Positions 52,801 through 63,071 of a stretch of 64,000 nt of DNA are shown here, piece after piece. The notes beneath the pieces are model-generated. The model was not told the DNA's origin and searched no databases. It saw nothing but the letters and a program-made list of their open reading frames with translations. Position numbers and translations under genes: made by a program. Position 1 is the first letter of the stretch. Each line of letters begins with the position of its first letter. The stretch is from Andalucia godoyi And28 (taxonomy: Eukaryota; Protista; Jakobida), in contig VRVR01000012.1 in assembly GCA_009859145.1 (NCBI GenBank), positions 186,001 to 250,000 of the forward strand, read 5' to 3'.

Positions 52801-53497
52801 TGCGTCTTGCAATTCGACAGCACGCGATTGTGCGCTGACATTTGAAGCAGTGATTGAAAACTGTGAGCCCATCCGATCCACCCTGGTTTCCTATTTCCAA
52901 ACAATGGATCCGAATGCAGGGCACAAGTATCGCCACGAAGTGATGGCACTGGACGACGTTGCGTTTGAAATGCTGGGCTCCAACGATTCCTCCGTTCTTC
53001 GACAGCTCGATTCGGTGCGCCGCCGGCGTTCGAAATTTATCTGTCTGAATGACAACATGTCTGAAGAAAGTCCTTCTGTTCAGCGGATTTTGCGCGAGTT
53101 TTACGAATCTTTCTTCCCGTTGGCATCGTCTTTTGAGCTGCCCTGGGGCTCTTTTGATTCCGATATTCCTCGTTACGTCAAGGGTATGAAGTTGGATGAC
53201 CCTCCTCGTTCGGAAAAGGATGTCGCGCAGAACAAGGAGACTGCTGCTGACCTGCACTACCATTGGAATGTTCCGTACCAGTTTTGGATTTCTCTTTTTG
53301 CATCCCTGGGGATGATGGCGCTGTTGTTTGGGTTTATGTGGTATGCACAGAAGAAGTCCGGGGTTCGCTCCTGGTTTGCAAAGCGCCACCACAAGGCATA
53401 CAGCTCCGGATCGGACGATGGCTCGCAGTCTTCCCAACAGGTGTTTCCGGCGGATGGTGATGCCGCAGTGCGGAAACGCAAGGGTGCAAACGTGTGA
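49895..53497 (+). CDS. GNPTAB: Stealth-family GlcNAc-1-phosphotransferase alpha/beta precursor (GNPTAB-like)
   Basis: N- and C-terminal TMs, IDIVYTWVNG (CR1), RFRDNDELLYSLRS (CR2), two LNR repeats, DSFGSSL...VPAHMPH (CR3), an EF-hand-like segment and KFICLNDN (CR4). Confidence 0.93.
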   Translation: MLLDDRFSRFSSFGRLKPWVRYVAFMCVVVMLFQMSGKSSNMSESIRSASSFSMCRKNCDRVFSDNIAGKSFESELCSPEIDIVYTWVNGKDPRQTALLRYWKEKEGLESPVQSSVSLAESAQLSSRNADAAKSAARDLVPLLQNSTVVAVNDSVVCQLITGSNNSTSEDEHAGTGSSYSHQENDDVTSTSRFRDNDELLYSLRSVEKYAPWVRRIYIVTNGQVPAWLNTDHPKIRIVSHEEIFVNKSHLPTFSSPSIEAHLHRIPGLSKKFLYLNDDIMFGSEVWPEDFYTATRGQKVFLSWSVPNCADSCPDSWLGDGYCDRACNVSACDFDAGDCLKPGAVASSGLSNGTGSSSTFWNSWSSSTVSDRQKRQCAPGCPDTWLNDKFCDSACKSMACGYDASDCGLDIMESHMDFGSITSTDVAQLAVNESLSFVVSPGHLSFFVRLNETFSSENTLKSASHDNSALIRTASLSLKHKVLTLTFHRNVSGSAKVVVAVDSGTAVEFYITADTSVPPPPEPTLGPSTPTVSSSSAANRYAPPAPTVGGATAWSTPIVKTAHQSREEQALDDRKLTDEEVRLKHMMIAFFQSRQHSAVAVDDAFVETNVTSILQDFQSFVSSAASSRTRASAGLRPNVTESSSLSREEATGVFDNVTIPVVDGDNSTLTNTDIEERSSLSRKLLDLELMNEDPGSFSTVPQDIVLSSLASELLFDPEFMSTARTLLLDSFGSSLRHVQRLYNKAYGTTTRKVPAHMPHLIDKEIMESLQKKYPVQFDETSSHRFRSTRDMQYSFSYFYFLMEEKEDIDARKMFNEYFDTNHDSVLSWNELRTLAVFLSKIDDFEPLAEKSRIEANTSATIAVVQTHDSSEILNSSSVAATSTSTAAGLAAMSAIAAASRTGSFKYRSASREKTLTDHFMDELVQLIQACGRNANVTRLSVNSSSVELVSNALKSASSIVKFPKRQRDVFASCNSTARDCALTFEAVIENCEPIRSTLVSYFQTMDPNAGHKYRHEVMALDDVAFEMLGSNDSSVLRQLDSVRRRRSKFICLNDNMSEESPSVQRILREFYESFFPLASSFELPWGSFDSDIPRYVKGMKLDDPPRSEKDVAQNKETAADLHYHWNVPYQFWISLFASLGMMALLFGFMWYAQKKSGVRSWFAKRHHKAYSSGSDDGSQSSQQVFPADGDAAVRKRKGANV

Positions 53498-53718
53498 TCG
53501 CGATGGTTATTTTTTTAATTTTTTTTAATTGTTATTATATTTATATATATATATATTATTTTTCGCTTTGTACTATTTTGGCTGTGCACCGACTTGGTTA
53601 GCACTTTTATTATTGCGTCTTCTTGTTGTTGGGTTTGTTTTTGTTGTTGTTTTCGGTTTCATAGAATACAAATTCTGATAATAGATCGGAATCTCTGTCC
53701 AGCCATCATCCGTGAAGA

Positions 53719-55674
53719 CTACAAAAGGTTCGCATGGGCAGCTGACAACGCACTTTGCAATTCAGGCACACTCCAAGAACGACCGACGTACATCATCTCG
53801 TCGCTTGGAGTTTCCCACGCCGAGTTCGTCAACCCCCAAAGACAGGAAAATGTGGCAATAGATGTCTTGGTAATTCCTGGCCGAACGGGAGTAATCTTCA
53901 CAATTGAACCATTTGGTGTGTTATCAGCCAGTTCGAATCGGAAATCCGAAGGCGAAACAAAAGACGGTTGTTTGCAAACACTGAGCCCCAGCACGCTTTC
54001 GACAAACGCTACAGATTCGTGAACATTGCCACCCATCAGATCCCAGATATTCGCTCTTGCGAGCACTTCGGCATTCAGATACGGATGACGAGTTTTGAGA
54101 GTGCCGGCATACTTTTGGCGCATTAAAATCGAGAATAGTCGTGTAGCCCAAGAAGGCACGGTCTCCGTCGCTGGCACAGGACTTGCGTTTGGCGACGGTG
54201 TCGGCGAAAGATTCTCATCCGACAACGTTCTCGGAATACCTGGGAAAGGTCGGAGAAGAGGTGGAGTCGGGTCTCGATTGAGTGGTCGCGGTTGATACGT
54301 GGCAGTACTGCTGTCGCTGCTCTCATTGCTCGGATTCCGTGCGCTTTGCGGAACAAATTCAGCCAATATGCCTGAACCAAGTCCACGCGGACTGCTCTGA
54401 CTCGAGGACGGCGGATGCTTCGACTCGCTTTCTGCAGAATTTCGGCGGGGTCTTAAGACCGACAGTGGATCCACCTCTGCAGGCAAGTCGATGGACTTTG
54501 TCAAGTCACGAAACAGCGTTGCAGCGGTCAATGGCGGTACAACAATGGTTCTGAACACCACGAGCAGTCCCGACTCAATGGGGGTTCGCATAGGCCAAGA
54601 CTCCAATCGGGGAACCAGACGCAGCACGTGGAAAGCATGACCAAACTGACAGGAAAACGGATCTACCTCCGCAGATGCCGCGGTGAAGTAAGCGCTCTGT
54701 TTGATAGAATGCTCGACGCTCAACACCTGGAATGAATCATTTGTAGTGTTCAGCTGCCGAGATTCCGGAATTCGAAACATGTTCCACATCGGCGACTCGG
54801 ACCGAGACTGCTGCACATCCACCAGAATGGAAGACGCGTCGGCGAGTGCCATTCCTCCCGTCTCGTTCAGCCGCCGAACTCTTCTTCCGACGATCAACTC
54901 GATTGAAACCGCGGTTTTGAACTTATCTGGGCTCAGAATTGCGGCATCTGCAAGAAAATAGATCTTGTTGGGATTTTGCAGAGGAACGTCGAACTGGAAT
55001 TCGCGTCGGTCATTCCACCCTGCCGCAGAGTACACTCTTTCCAAAGGGATTTGGTCTGCAGAGTAGGAAAGCGAGCTGAATGACGAGATCATTGGCACTC
55101 CGATTAACGTAATCCTGAGAAATGCGCCTTTGAACTCAGCGACGGTCTCGTCCAAACGCGGTCGATACAGCTGATGGCAAATCGCATTGAATTGCTGTCG
55201 CAGCTTCGCGCCCTGCGGCTCATCATCTGGATGCAACACAGAGGCGAATTTAACCTTGATTAATTTTGCATATGAATTGACGACTTCACAGGAAACCGGA
55301 ATTGCCGGAACAGAAGCCGCCGAGCACGGCGAGGAACACGACTCATCGGACGGATCGTTGAAGTAGCGAAGTCGCACAAGTTCTTTGAAGAGCGTGAAGG
55401 ACATCAAGACCTTGTTTTCTTCGTTCCACAGTGAATCCGAGGTGCGAATATGATTGCAAAATGCTGTTGTGAATGCAAGCTGCTCAAGCTCGGCTCGGCA
55501 CGACGATGGAACCCGGGTCACGGATACCCACTGAGAACCTTCTGCATCTCGACTTTGGATCGATGCTTTGAATCCCGAAATCACTCGAAACAAAACTTGC
55601 GGAACAGGCGGGCGGAGAAGATCATACAATTCCGCACTCATCATTATCGGCTCTCGTGTCTCTTTCAGGATCAA
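53719..55674 (-). CDS. Hypothetical protein, 651 aa
   Basis: A long ATG ORF between AT-rich spacers. No family recognised. Confidence 0.75.
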   Translation of the reverse strand: MILKETREPIMMSAELYDLLRPPVPQVLFRVISGFKASIQSRDAEGSQWVSVTRVPSSCRAELEQLAFTTAFCNHIRTSDSLWNEENKVLMSFTLFKELVRLRYFNDPSDESCSSPCSAASVPAIPVSCEVVNSYAKLIKVKFASVLHPDDEPQGAKLRQQFNAICHQLYRPRLDETVAEFKGAFLRITLIGVPMISSFSSLSYSADQIPLERVYSAAGWNDRREFQFDVPLQNPNKIYFLADAAILSPDKFKTAVSIELIVGRRVRRLNETGGMALADASSILVDVQQSRSESPMWNMFRIPESRQLNTTNDSFQVLSVEHSIKQSAYFTAASAEVDPFSCQFGHAFHVLRLVPRLESWPMRTPIESGLLVVFRTIVVPPLTAATLFRDLTKSIDLPAEVDPLSVLRPRRNSAESESKHPPSSSQSSPRGLGSGILAEFVPQSARNPSNESSDSSTATYQPRPLNRDPTPPLLRPFPGIPRTLSDENLSPTPSPNASPVPATETVPSWATRLFSILMRQKYAGTLKTRHPYLNAEVLARANIWDLMGGNVHESVAFVESVLGLSVCKQPSFVSPSDFRFELADNTPNGSIVKITPVRPGITKTSIATFSCLWGLTNSAWETPSDEMMYVGRSWSVPELQSALSAAHANLL

Positions 55675-55785
55675 TTTTAGAAATTACTTATTGTAATACT
55701 GAAAATAATAATGGCAATGAGAATTATTACCCTTCAGCCCACACCTCGCCAGGTTTCTGTCGCTCCCACAGCTGCCTTGTTCACA

Positions 55786-55840
<55 letters not shown>

Positions 55841-56078
55841 TTTCCTTTTCCAAACACACTTTCGATTCGACAGCAGCACCAACCCAATGCGTATTTATTT
55901 CTTGCGTTGAGCGATTGAGCGAGTCTGCGCTGCAACAATGGATAAATTTTCAAGTTTCGATTCGCCGACTGTGGAACACACGCTTGAGAAAGATAGGCAG
56001 TTCGGGTTGACGAAGGTAGTATACGACAGATCGATGTGGGCTTCGATAGGCTGTTTTTTTTGTTGTTGTTTTAGGTTT

Positions 56079-57296
56079 TTACTCGACTGACGATGCCGTG
56101 TCGACAACAACGCCGAGTTCGCATTGTCCTTCTGGCTGTGTTGAGTTCTCTAGCTGTTCGGCTGCCGCTTCTTGATCTTCCACTGCACTGATCTCTTGAT
56201 GATCGGTGAAGGAGTGGCTACCGACAGAAGAAGAAGCAGCAGCAGCGGAAGGGGATTGGGGTTTGGAAAGTTTGAACCCATTGACCTTTGACCAGTCGGC
56301 AGTAAACGTCGCGAGAAATGCAAATTTGGTGAGAACGCAGACAAAAATGTTCACTCGCGCATCCTTGTGAATCTGTACATGAGTGGGATGGATAAGCCCT
56401 CGAATCGCGCGCCTGAGCTCCTCCACGGATGCAATGTTGCTGCACTTCACTCTGATATCCATGGCGTAGCTGATTGGATTCGACACGAGAGGCGGTCTTG
56501 GAAGCGCCTTTTCAACAAGCGGCGCTGCTTGCTTGATGATATCAGGCACATACGCCTTGCAGACATCATGAAACGGAATCATCGACTTCACAAACTTGAT
56601 GTGCTTCTTCTCTGCCTTCCAATCGTTGTGAATTCGAATCGCGATCAAATCCACGCTGATCTTTTCTGGAATCACACACTCCACAACCAAGTATCCTTTC
56701 GCAAGATCGCGCATGCATCGAAACGCATTCAACTTGGACTTGTTCTTTCCTCGAACATCCGACAGCTCGGCATTCAACTCTGCTGCAAAGTCCAGCGATC
56801 CCGATCCCGATCCCCATCCAGATCCAGATCCCGCTGCTGCTGCTTCTGCTGCTTCTGCTGCTGCTGATGATGATGATGATCGGCTTGCCTCATTCACAGT
56901 TTCGTCCCCAGGGCCACTCCCACCCTGGCTCAACGCACCACCACGAGGCGCGCTATTCAAATGATACCGCGGGATTTCGTCTCTTGGAATTCCTCGAAGC
57001 ACAAGGCCCGGATAGAGCAATTCCGCATACTCGAATAAGAGATCGAGCGCTTCCGCCGCTGCATTCTTTACAAAGTTCGGTCGGCCATCGGTGGTGCAGA
57101 GAAACCCGGTCATTCCAGGATGAACTTGCCACTCGTGAAACTTGTAGTCTCCAGCAGAAGCGCCATCTGCTGCAGTCGCTGTCGCTGTTGTTGAAGACGC
57201 CGGGTTCGCTGCGCTTCGGTAATATGCCTTCTTGGATCGCTTTGCAGATGGCCCATTCTGATGAGACCCACTAGACCGCTTTCCAGAATCTCCCAT
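56079..57296 (-). CDS. THUMPD1: THUMP-domain tRNA acetylation adaptor (Tan1/THUMPD1)
   Basis: PGMTGFLCT, EALDLLFEYAE, ELNAEL, KF..SMIP...CKA and the V.V..KFAFL...DW.K...FKL pattern. Confidence 0.8.
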   Translation of the reverse strand: MGDSGKRSSGSHQNGPSAKRSKKAYYRSAANPASSTTATATAADGASAGDYKFHEWQVHPGMTGFLCTTDGRPNFVKNAAAEALDLLFEYAELLYPGLVLRGIPRDEIPRYHLNSAPRGGALSQGGSGPGDETVNEASRSSSSSAAAEAAEAAAAGSGSGWGSGSGSLDFAAELNAELSDVRGKNKSKLNAFRCMRDLAKGYLVVECVIPEKISVDLIAIRIHNDWKAEKKHIKFVKSMIPFHDVCKAYVPDIIKQAAPLVEKALPRPPLVSNPISYAMDIRVKCSNIASVEELRRAIRGLIHPTHVQIHKDARVNIFVCVLTKFAFLATFTADWSKVNGFKLSKPQSPSAAAASSSVGSHSFTDHQEISAVEDQEAAAEQLENSTQPEGQCELGVVVDTASSVE

Positions 57297-57769
57297 TCCT
57301 TATTCTTTGTACGGGACGTCCTCCTCTTCTACTTGCTCGACCGGTTATCGCTCAACCAATGATGCCACGTGAATGGAATGGAAATCTAAGCGCTACGAAT
57401 GCTTTTTCTCTCTCTCTTTTCCTTGGTCGTCGTCGTTGTTGTTGTTGTTGTTGTTGTTGTTATTATTATTTGGTTGGTTGGTTGTGTTTGGTTTAGTTTG
57501 GAAAACACTCGACTGCTTGAGAACCTGCCAGTTACGTTCTCTGCACATAACAACAGCATTTCAAGGAATTATCTGTCCTTTCGTTTTGAGCGAATAAAAG
57601 GAATGAAAGAGGACTCATGCTGCAGCGGAGCGACTGTAGTAGCTCTGTGATCGTTAATGCTGGATTACTCTGTTTAATTTTTTCTGGCTTTCTTAAGACG
57701 CACTCCTCTTTTTCTAATGAGGAATATTTTCTTTATTTTTGTTGATTAGTTTGGATACGGGGGGATAAG

Positions 57770-59004
57770 ATGAAGTGTTTTGGAAGAGGATTGGTGACGG
57801 CGCTTCATGAACCGCAGTTTTCATTTCGTCAATACTTGCAGATTCCATTTCCATTGATTGCAGATCGTGTTCGTAACGAAAAAGAAATTCTGGTTATTCT
57901 GCGAATTGCTGCAGAGTCAGCTCGATTGGACGCAGTTTGCAAGACGATTCGATCTGTTGCAATGCAGAACCACGTATGTATCATTCTGTGAGCGCGAGAG
58001 AGACTGTTGCTTTTCATCTGGTTTATTTTCCACGATGATTATTGTAATTGTTGTTGTTGGTTTTTATGAGAAAGCGAAGCTGAACATTGTCTGCTTTTTG
58101 TCTGCCTTTTTGTTTGTTTGTTTGGTTTATTGGTCACGTTAACGACTTTGGGTGTTTTTTGATTTGTAGGTTTTGCATTCTGCATTTTCAAATGCATATG
58201 TGCATGTGGATTCGTCAAATGGTTTGAAGCGGCTGTTTTGCGTTGACCTGACCTGCCAGATGATGGCAGGTGTACAGCATAGGACGGAGTGCATTCTCTC
58301 CGAGGTCCTGTCCAACTTGAGAAACTTTGCCAAAACGCTGCTCATGTTTCGAGATATGAACAAAACAGTATGATTTTTCTCGATCTATATGGGACCGGGT
58401 GTAGAGTGTTACTTGTTTCATTTGTATGTATGCTTACTTTTGCCTTGCTTCTATGCATATGTGTGTCTGCATGTGTTTGTGTTTGTGTGCTTTTATCTAG
58501 ATGGGCGTAGAGTTCCTACGATCCAAATTAGACCAACAGGCATGCCAGAAGAGTTTGGTGTTTCATCTCGAACACGAATTGCTGTGCAGAATCCATGCTA
58601 TGCTGTACTCGAGTGATCTTCCAGCGTCGGCACCATCATGGGAACACGTCATGGAAGACTGCGAGCGACGATTGCAAGAAGCAATCAAGTTGCCGCCTGT
58701 TGTTCCTGGACTAGACGAGACGAATACGACCAACACTATTGTCCGAGACAGCCCCTGCGAACCCAACCGAAAGACGGTAGTGCCCAAACCGCACGACTCA
58801 GACTCTTCAGAAGGACGAGTCATTCATGCTACTCCATCGTCTGCTGAGCGTCCAGAAGATGCCAGCGCAGTTGCATCTTTGGAGAGCAGTCAGTTTGCTG
58901 TCCGCAAGAGACCTCTGGAGGTGTGCAACAGCCAGAGTTCCGAGGATCTGCCAGCTTCTAAGCGTCCACGAAGCCGACCCAAGACTGCTGCAAATCGGAT
59001 TTGA
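57770..59004 (+). CDS. Three-exon hypothetical protein (about 301 aa); exons 57770..57973, 58170..58367 and 58501..59004
   Basis: Two phase-0 introns (GTATGT...TAG and GTATGA...TAG) join three stop-free frames exactly. Confidence 0.7.
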
Positions 59005-59390
59005 GAAGGAACACCCTGTCTATTTGACCGTCACTGGTTGCAGATCCTGCCTGCAGCACTTGTTGCTGCAGCTGGTGCATCTGATGCCTCGGCGTTACAT
59101 TTACGCTTTGCAGACAGTACTGCTGCATTCGGATCGGCGAACATGGCAATAAACAATCCTGCAACAGAGGAGAAGTTTCCTGAATAAAACACACAAAATC
59201 AGTTTATGAAGAAAATTGACTATTTGACAGAGAGTGGCAAAAGCAGCCACCTCACAACAGAACACAGAAACACAGAAACAAAATTAAAAGGGAAAAGTAA
59301 GATGGCATCCAATATTGAGTGCCGAAACAAGTCAAAAAAGAATGAACGAAAAATGCGAGAGAGAAAAAACCTTAGTAAAACAATAGCTAT

Positions 59391-61892
59391 CTACTCAAAA
59401 TCACGTATGGTATCGATCCACATATCACGCTCCTCTGCGGTTTCGACATACAGCTGATAATCCTTACCACGGCCCTCTACACCCTCGATATTGAAGAAAA
59501 ATCGCTTCTTGTCAGGAAGGTCATCGACGGTGCGCGCCTTGGGCCGTGATCCTTTCAGTTTCACATCATTTCTCTCCGAATTCTCATCACCTTGTTCTTT
59601 GAAATTTCGCAGCCTTCCGTTGGAATGGTCAACATTGAAGAACCGCTTTTGCCACGCGGTACCAAGGAACCCTCCCTTTTTGAAAACAACTCCGCTGTCT
59701 CTCTTGACGAGGTCAATCATATTCGAAGGGGTCACAATCGGTCCAGACCGCATCTTGCCTCCAGCAATGATATCGGTGATAAACGGAAGTTTCGCAGCTG
59801 AAACGACAGTCTTTGCAAACAGGGAAGTGTATCGGCGGTCGCGAGCAGACGTCTCCAGAAATCCGCGAGCCTGGATAGCTATGGCAATTGAGCGCATATC
59901 CGAACGACGAGTCATAACCTTGTCGTCCGCAGCTGCTTCCCTGGCGTCTCGCTTGGTTCCGACCAAGACCACGGTTGCAAACGGGTGAAGTGCACACATC
60001 TTCAAAACCGTGGAAAACGCGGCTGCGCGATTCTCGTCGGCGGTCTTCGTGCAGTCGATGACGACCACAATGACGTGGACGGAAGAGACAGTCGACGGAG
60101 AGAAGGATGCCTCGTCATACACAGTCAGTTCCACGCCGTCTTCGTTGAGTTTGAAAGCGGCAACCTTGTCGGGCATCAGATCAAAATCCACAATAGTTGA
60201 TGTTGACAGGGCGTGGCACAAAGCTGTCTTACCCGACTTTGAGGCTCCGCAGACCACAACGTTCAGTTTCGACAAGTTGATGTGCGGGACTGCTGACGCA
60301 GAGTGCCCAGTTACTTGCAGAAGGCGAGTGATCACAAGAGACATGTTCAGACCATGAGTCACAGAAACAACAAACGCGTCGACCGGAATGGTTGCCGATG
60401 CGAGCAGCGTTTTGAGCTCGAGGGCATCCGTCAGAGTCTCGATCGCAGACTTGTTTGTGTCCCTGTACAAATCAACCTTGTTTCCGATGACAAACCATTG
60501 TTCAATGCACAATTCCTCCGATCGCTTGTACAACGTTGCAAAAGACTTGGCCACGCCGGCGCCGATATTGGACATATCGACCATGAATAATGCACGACGG
60601 CCCTTGGGTACGCGAGAGGAATAATCTGTGGTTGACTCGATTTCCGCAATAGGCATCAAAATCGAAGGAGCATCAGGAGGCATCCTGGCCTGCACATCCG
60701 GAAGGACGTTCAGGATTGCAGAAATCAGCGAAGACTTCCCTGAAGACTTTGACCCGTAAATAGACACAAGATCCGGGTCGTACACTTCGGGGGAAAGCTC
60801 TGGTTGCGTCTGAGGTTCTTCCGCTGCTGGGGCCGCATGTGTTGCGTCTGTTTGTGCAGAGAAAGCAGCTGGCTCTTCCGCAGCAACTGGAGCAGCAGTG
60901 ACATTCTCCGAATGCACATGCTCCACATTCTGCTCGTGATCTTGCTTCTGCTCATGGACATGTTCCTGCTCCGTTTCCGATTCAGCCGCCACTGCCACAG
61001 ATGCAGCTGCAGTAGTTGTAGCGGTAGCGGTAGAACTCGATGAATCGTCCAAAGACGGGGTCGATTCGACAGGGGCGTCTTCGGAAACCGGAGCAGATTC
61101 GGTGTGTCCGTCTTCGTGAACGGACTGCGGAGCAAGTTCAGATTGTACTTCCTCAGGCGCAGACTGATGCGAAACCTCCTCTGCACTAACCACAGGAACA
61201 ATCGCAGCATTTGCTTCCGAATAATTACTGTCTGGCATCGGAGTTTCCTCCTTCTTTTCTGTTTCCTGTAGTGCTGGTTCTTCCTCCAAAGGAGATGGGT
61301 GTTGTTCAGAGACAAGCGTAGGCTCCTCCACTGCTGATGTTTCTTCAGCAGTCGGCGCACTCTCTTCAGCAGTCGGCGCACTCTCTTCAGCAGCCGGCAC
61401 ACTCTCTGCAGCAGTCGGCGCACTCTCTTCAGCAGTCGGCGCACTCTCTGCAGCAGTCGGCGCACTCTCTGCAGCAGTCGGCGCACTCTCTGCAGCAGCC
61501 GGCGCACTCTCTTCAGCAGTCGGCGCACTCTCTTCAGCAGCCGGCGCACTCTCTTCAGCAGCCGGCACACTCTCTGCAGCAGCCGGCGCACTCTCCTCGA
61601 CATGTGAAAGCGAATGGCTAGACTCCATCAGAACTTCCGAGCCACTCACTTCAGCGTCAGACACTGTGGATTCCTGGACTGGCGTTTCTTTGACATCCAC
61701 ATGAACAGGTTCTTCCGCTTTAGGTTCCGAAACATGGACGGGCTCTCCAGAGGAAGAAGATTCCACATGCTGGTTGACTTCGAATCCCGCATGGACTGCA
61801 TCGGACACTGGCGTCTCGGCAACCGACTCCGGCTGCTCAGCACTCGGAAGAACGTGTTCCGACGATTCAGCGATCTTTTCCGAGTCCGACAT
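59391..61892 (-). CDS. Acidic repeat region, two Ras-like GTPase domains and a C-terminal PH domain
   Basis: Two P-loops (GSKSSGKS, GASKSGKT), G4-like GNKVD and GTKRD, and ETSAR. The PH domain reads KKGGFLGTAWQKRFF...AEERDMWIDTI. The probable start is MSDSEK at 61892. Confidence 0.85.
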   Translation of the reverse strand: MSDSEKIAESSEHVLPSAEQPESVAETPVSDAVHAGFEVNQHVESSSSGEPVHVSEPKAEEPVHVDVKETPVQESTVSDAEVSGSEVLMESSHSLSHVEESAPAAAESVPAAEESAPAAEESAPTAEESAPAAAESAPTAAESAPTAAESAPTAEESAPTAAESVPAAEESAPTAEESAPTAEETSAVEEPTLVSEQHPSPLEEEPALQETEKKEETPMPDSNYSEANAAIVPVVSAEEVSHQSAPEEVQSELAPQSVHEDGHTESAPVSEDAPVESTPSLDDSSSSTATATTTAAASVAVAAESETEQEHVHEQKQDHEQNVEHVHSENVTAAPVAAEEPAAFSAQTDATHAAPAAEEPQTQPELSPEVYDPDLVSIYGSKSSGKSSLISAILNVLPDVQARMPPDAPSILMPIAEIESTTDYSSRVPKGRRALFMVDMSNIGAGVAKSFATLYKRSEELCIEQWFVIGNKVDLYRDTNKSAIETLTDALELKTLLASATIPVDAFVVSVTHGLNMSLVITRLLQVTGHSASAVPHINLSKLNVVVCGASKSGKTALCHALSTSTIVDFDLMPDKVAAFKLNEDGVELTVYDEASFSPSTVSSVHVIVVVIDCTKTADENRAAAFSTVLKMCALHPFATVVLVGTKRDAREAAADDKVMTRRSDMRSIAIAIQARGFLETSARDRRYTSLFAKTVVSAAKLPFITDIIAGGKMRSGPIVTPSNMIDLVKRDSGVVFKKGGFLGTAWQKRFFNVDHSNGRLRNFKEQGDENSERNDVKLKGSRPKARTVDDLPDKKRFFFNIEGVEGRGKDYQLYVETAEERDMWIDTIRDFE
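61342..61595 (-). repeat. Coding 21-bp tandem repeat, about 12 units (ES[AV]P[AT]A[AE])
   Basis: The unit CAGCAG[TC]CGGC[GA]CACTCTCT[TG] repeats head to tail, in frame within the GTPase-PH gene. Confidence 0.97.
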
Positions 61893-63071
61893 AGTAAAAG
61901 AGGTTGAACGCTGATTAAAATGGAAAAAAATAAAAGAAAAGAAAAGAAAAGAAAAATCACTAGAACGAGAGAACGAGAAATCACGACTGAGAAAACACAA
62001 AATGGAAGAGAATTCCCGCGAACCTTTAACTGTGGCCCTTGAGGAGCCCCCCTCCAACGAACTCGTGTCTCGATTCCTTTGGCCAAAAGCTCCACTGGCC
62101 ACGGCCGGTACAGCCGGTTTTTTCATGGTGCGAACTGTGTGCTTGCATTTGTTTAATGAGCACGCCTACATTATAATCCTGAACATGCATACCAACGAAT
62201 AGACATGCATATTCAATCTTGCATCCGATCAATCTGTGAGCTGCACGCGGGACATGCAAACACTTTGCTTCCGCTGCTCGCGATGCTCGGTCGCCTTATG
62301 GAACAAACGTTGCTGGAATTGGTAGTCTTGCAGCGGATTCGACGATGATAGAACAGATGGCTATGGATGTTGTCTTAAAGAGTGTCGAAAATTCGGAGCC
62401 TGTGTCACCGGCTGAATTTTGGCCGAGCGTGCGCAAGCACGAATTCCTGTGAAACAAACGTGCTAGTGTCGGCCAGTCTTGCATGGAACCGTATGTGAAT
62501 TCAGTTCAGAATGGGTGGTGGACGCGTTCTTCCAAAACAGATATTGTACGCACCTTTTCCAGTCTCGATCCAGACGTGTGCCAGACAGGACGCGGACATC
62601 GGGATGACGATGGACTGACGTGGATAAAGTTTTTTTAAAAAGGCGAACGGAAGAATAGCGTAGTCTTTAATGTCTGGGTGCGTGGCCGTAATGTAGGGTA
62701 AAGAGTTGGTAATAAGGATAGCTGGTGAGATAAGGTTTGCTTATGTGTGCAGAACGATGGATCATGGATGTGTCAACAACGGCCTGCGAACCGTGATGTT
62801 TATAGAAACCGCCAGACCGCCAGTCGATTGCATCCAGTGTGGATCCAATGGTGGCTGCCGAACACATGCACTCGCTAGAAAACTGTTTATCCCAAAGATG
62901 ATGTTCCTGAAAGGGGAGATGGCGTGTTCGGTTAGAAAGAATGCAAATACGAAAAAGCGCAGATGTCGGTGAAATGTTATCAAATATAATACAAAATATT
63001 AATAGTCTATCGAAATTTTGCTCGATAGTGAAAATGTGGAATCTGCACTACCGCGCCTCAGCAATGAAATA

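Noticed and set aside
57870-57900. RNEKE resemblance to ARPC4
   Set aside because: The match is only five residues, and the rest of the protein does not align.
61342-61595. Regular 21-bp repeat array as a CRISPR-like array
   Set aside because: The units are head to tail without spacers and lie in frame inside a protein; it is a coding minisatellite.
62200-62990. Possible small spliced gene on the minus strand (GTGCGT donor, CACAG acceptor)
   Set aside because: I could not assemble a consistent stop-free frame or recognise a product.
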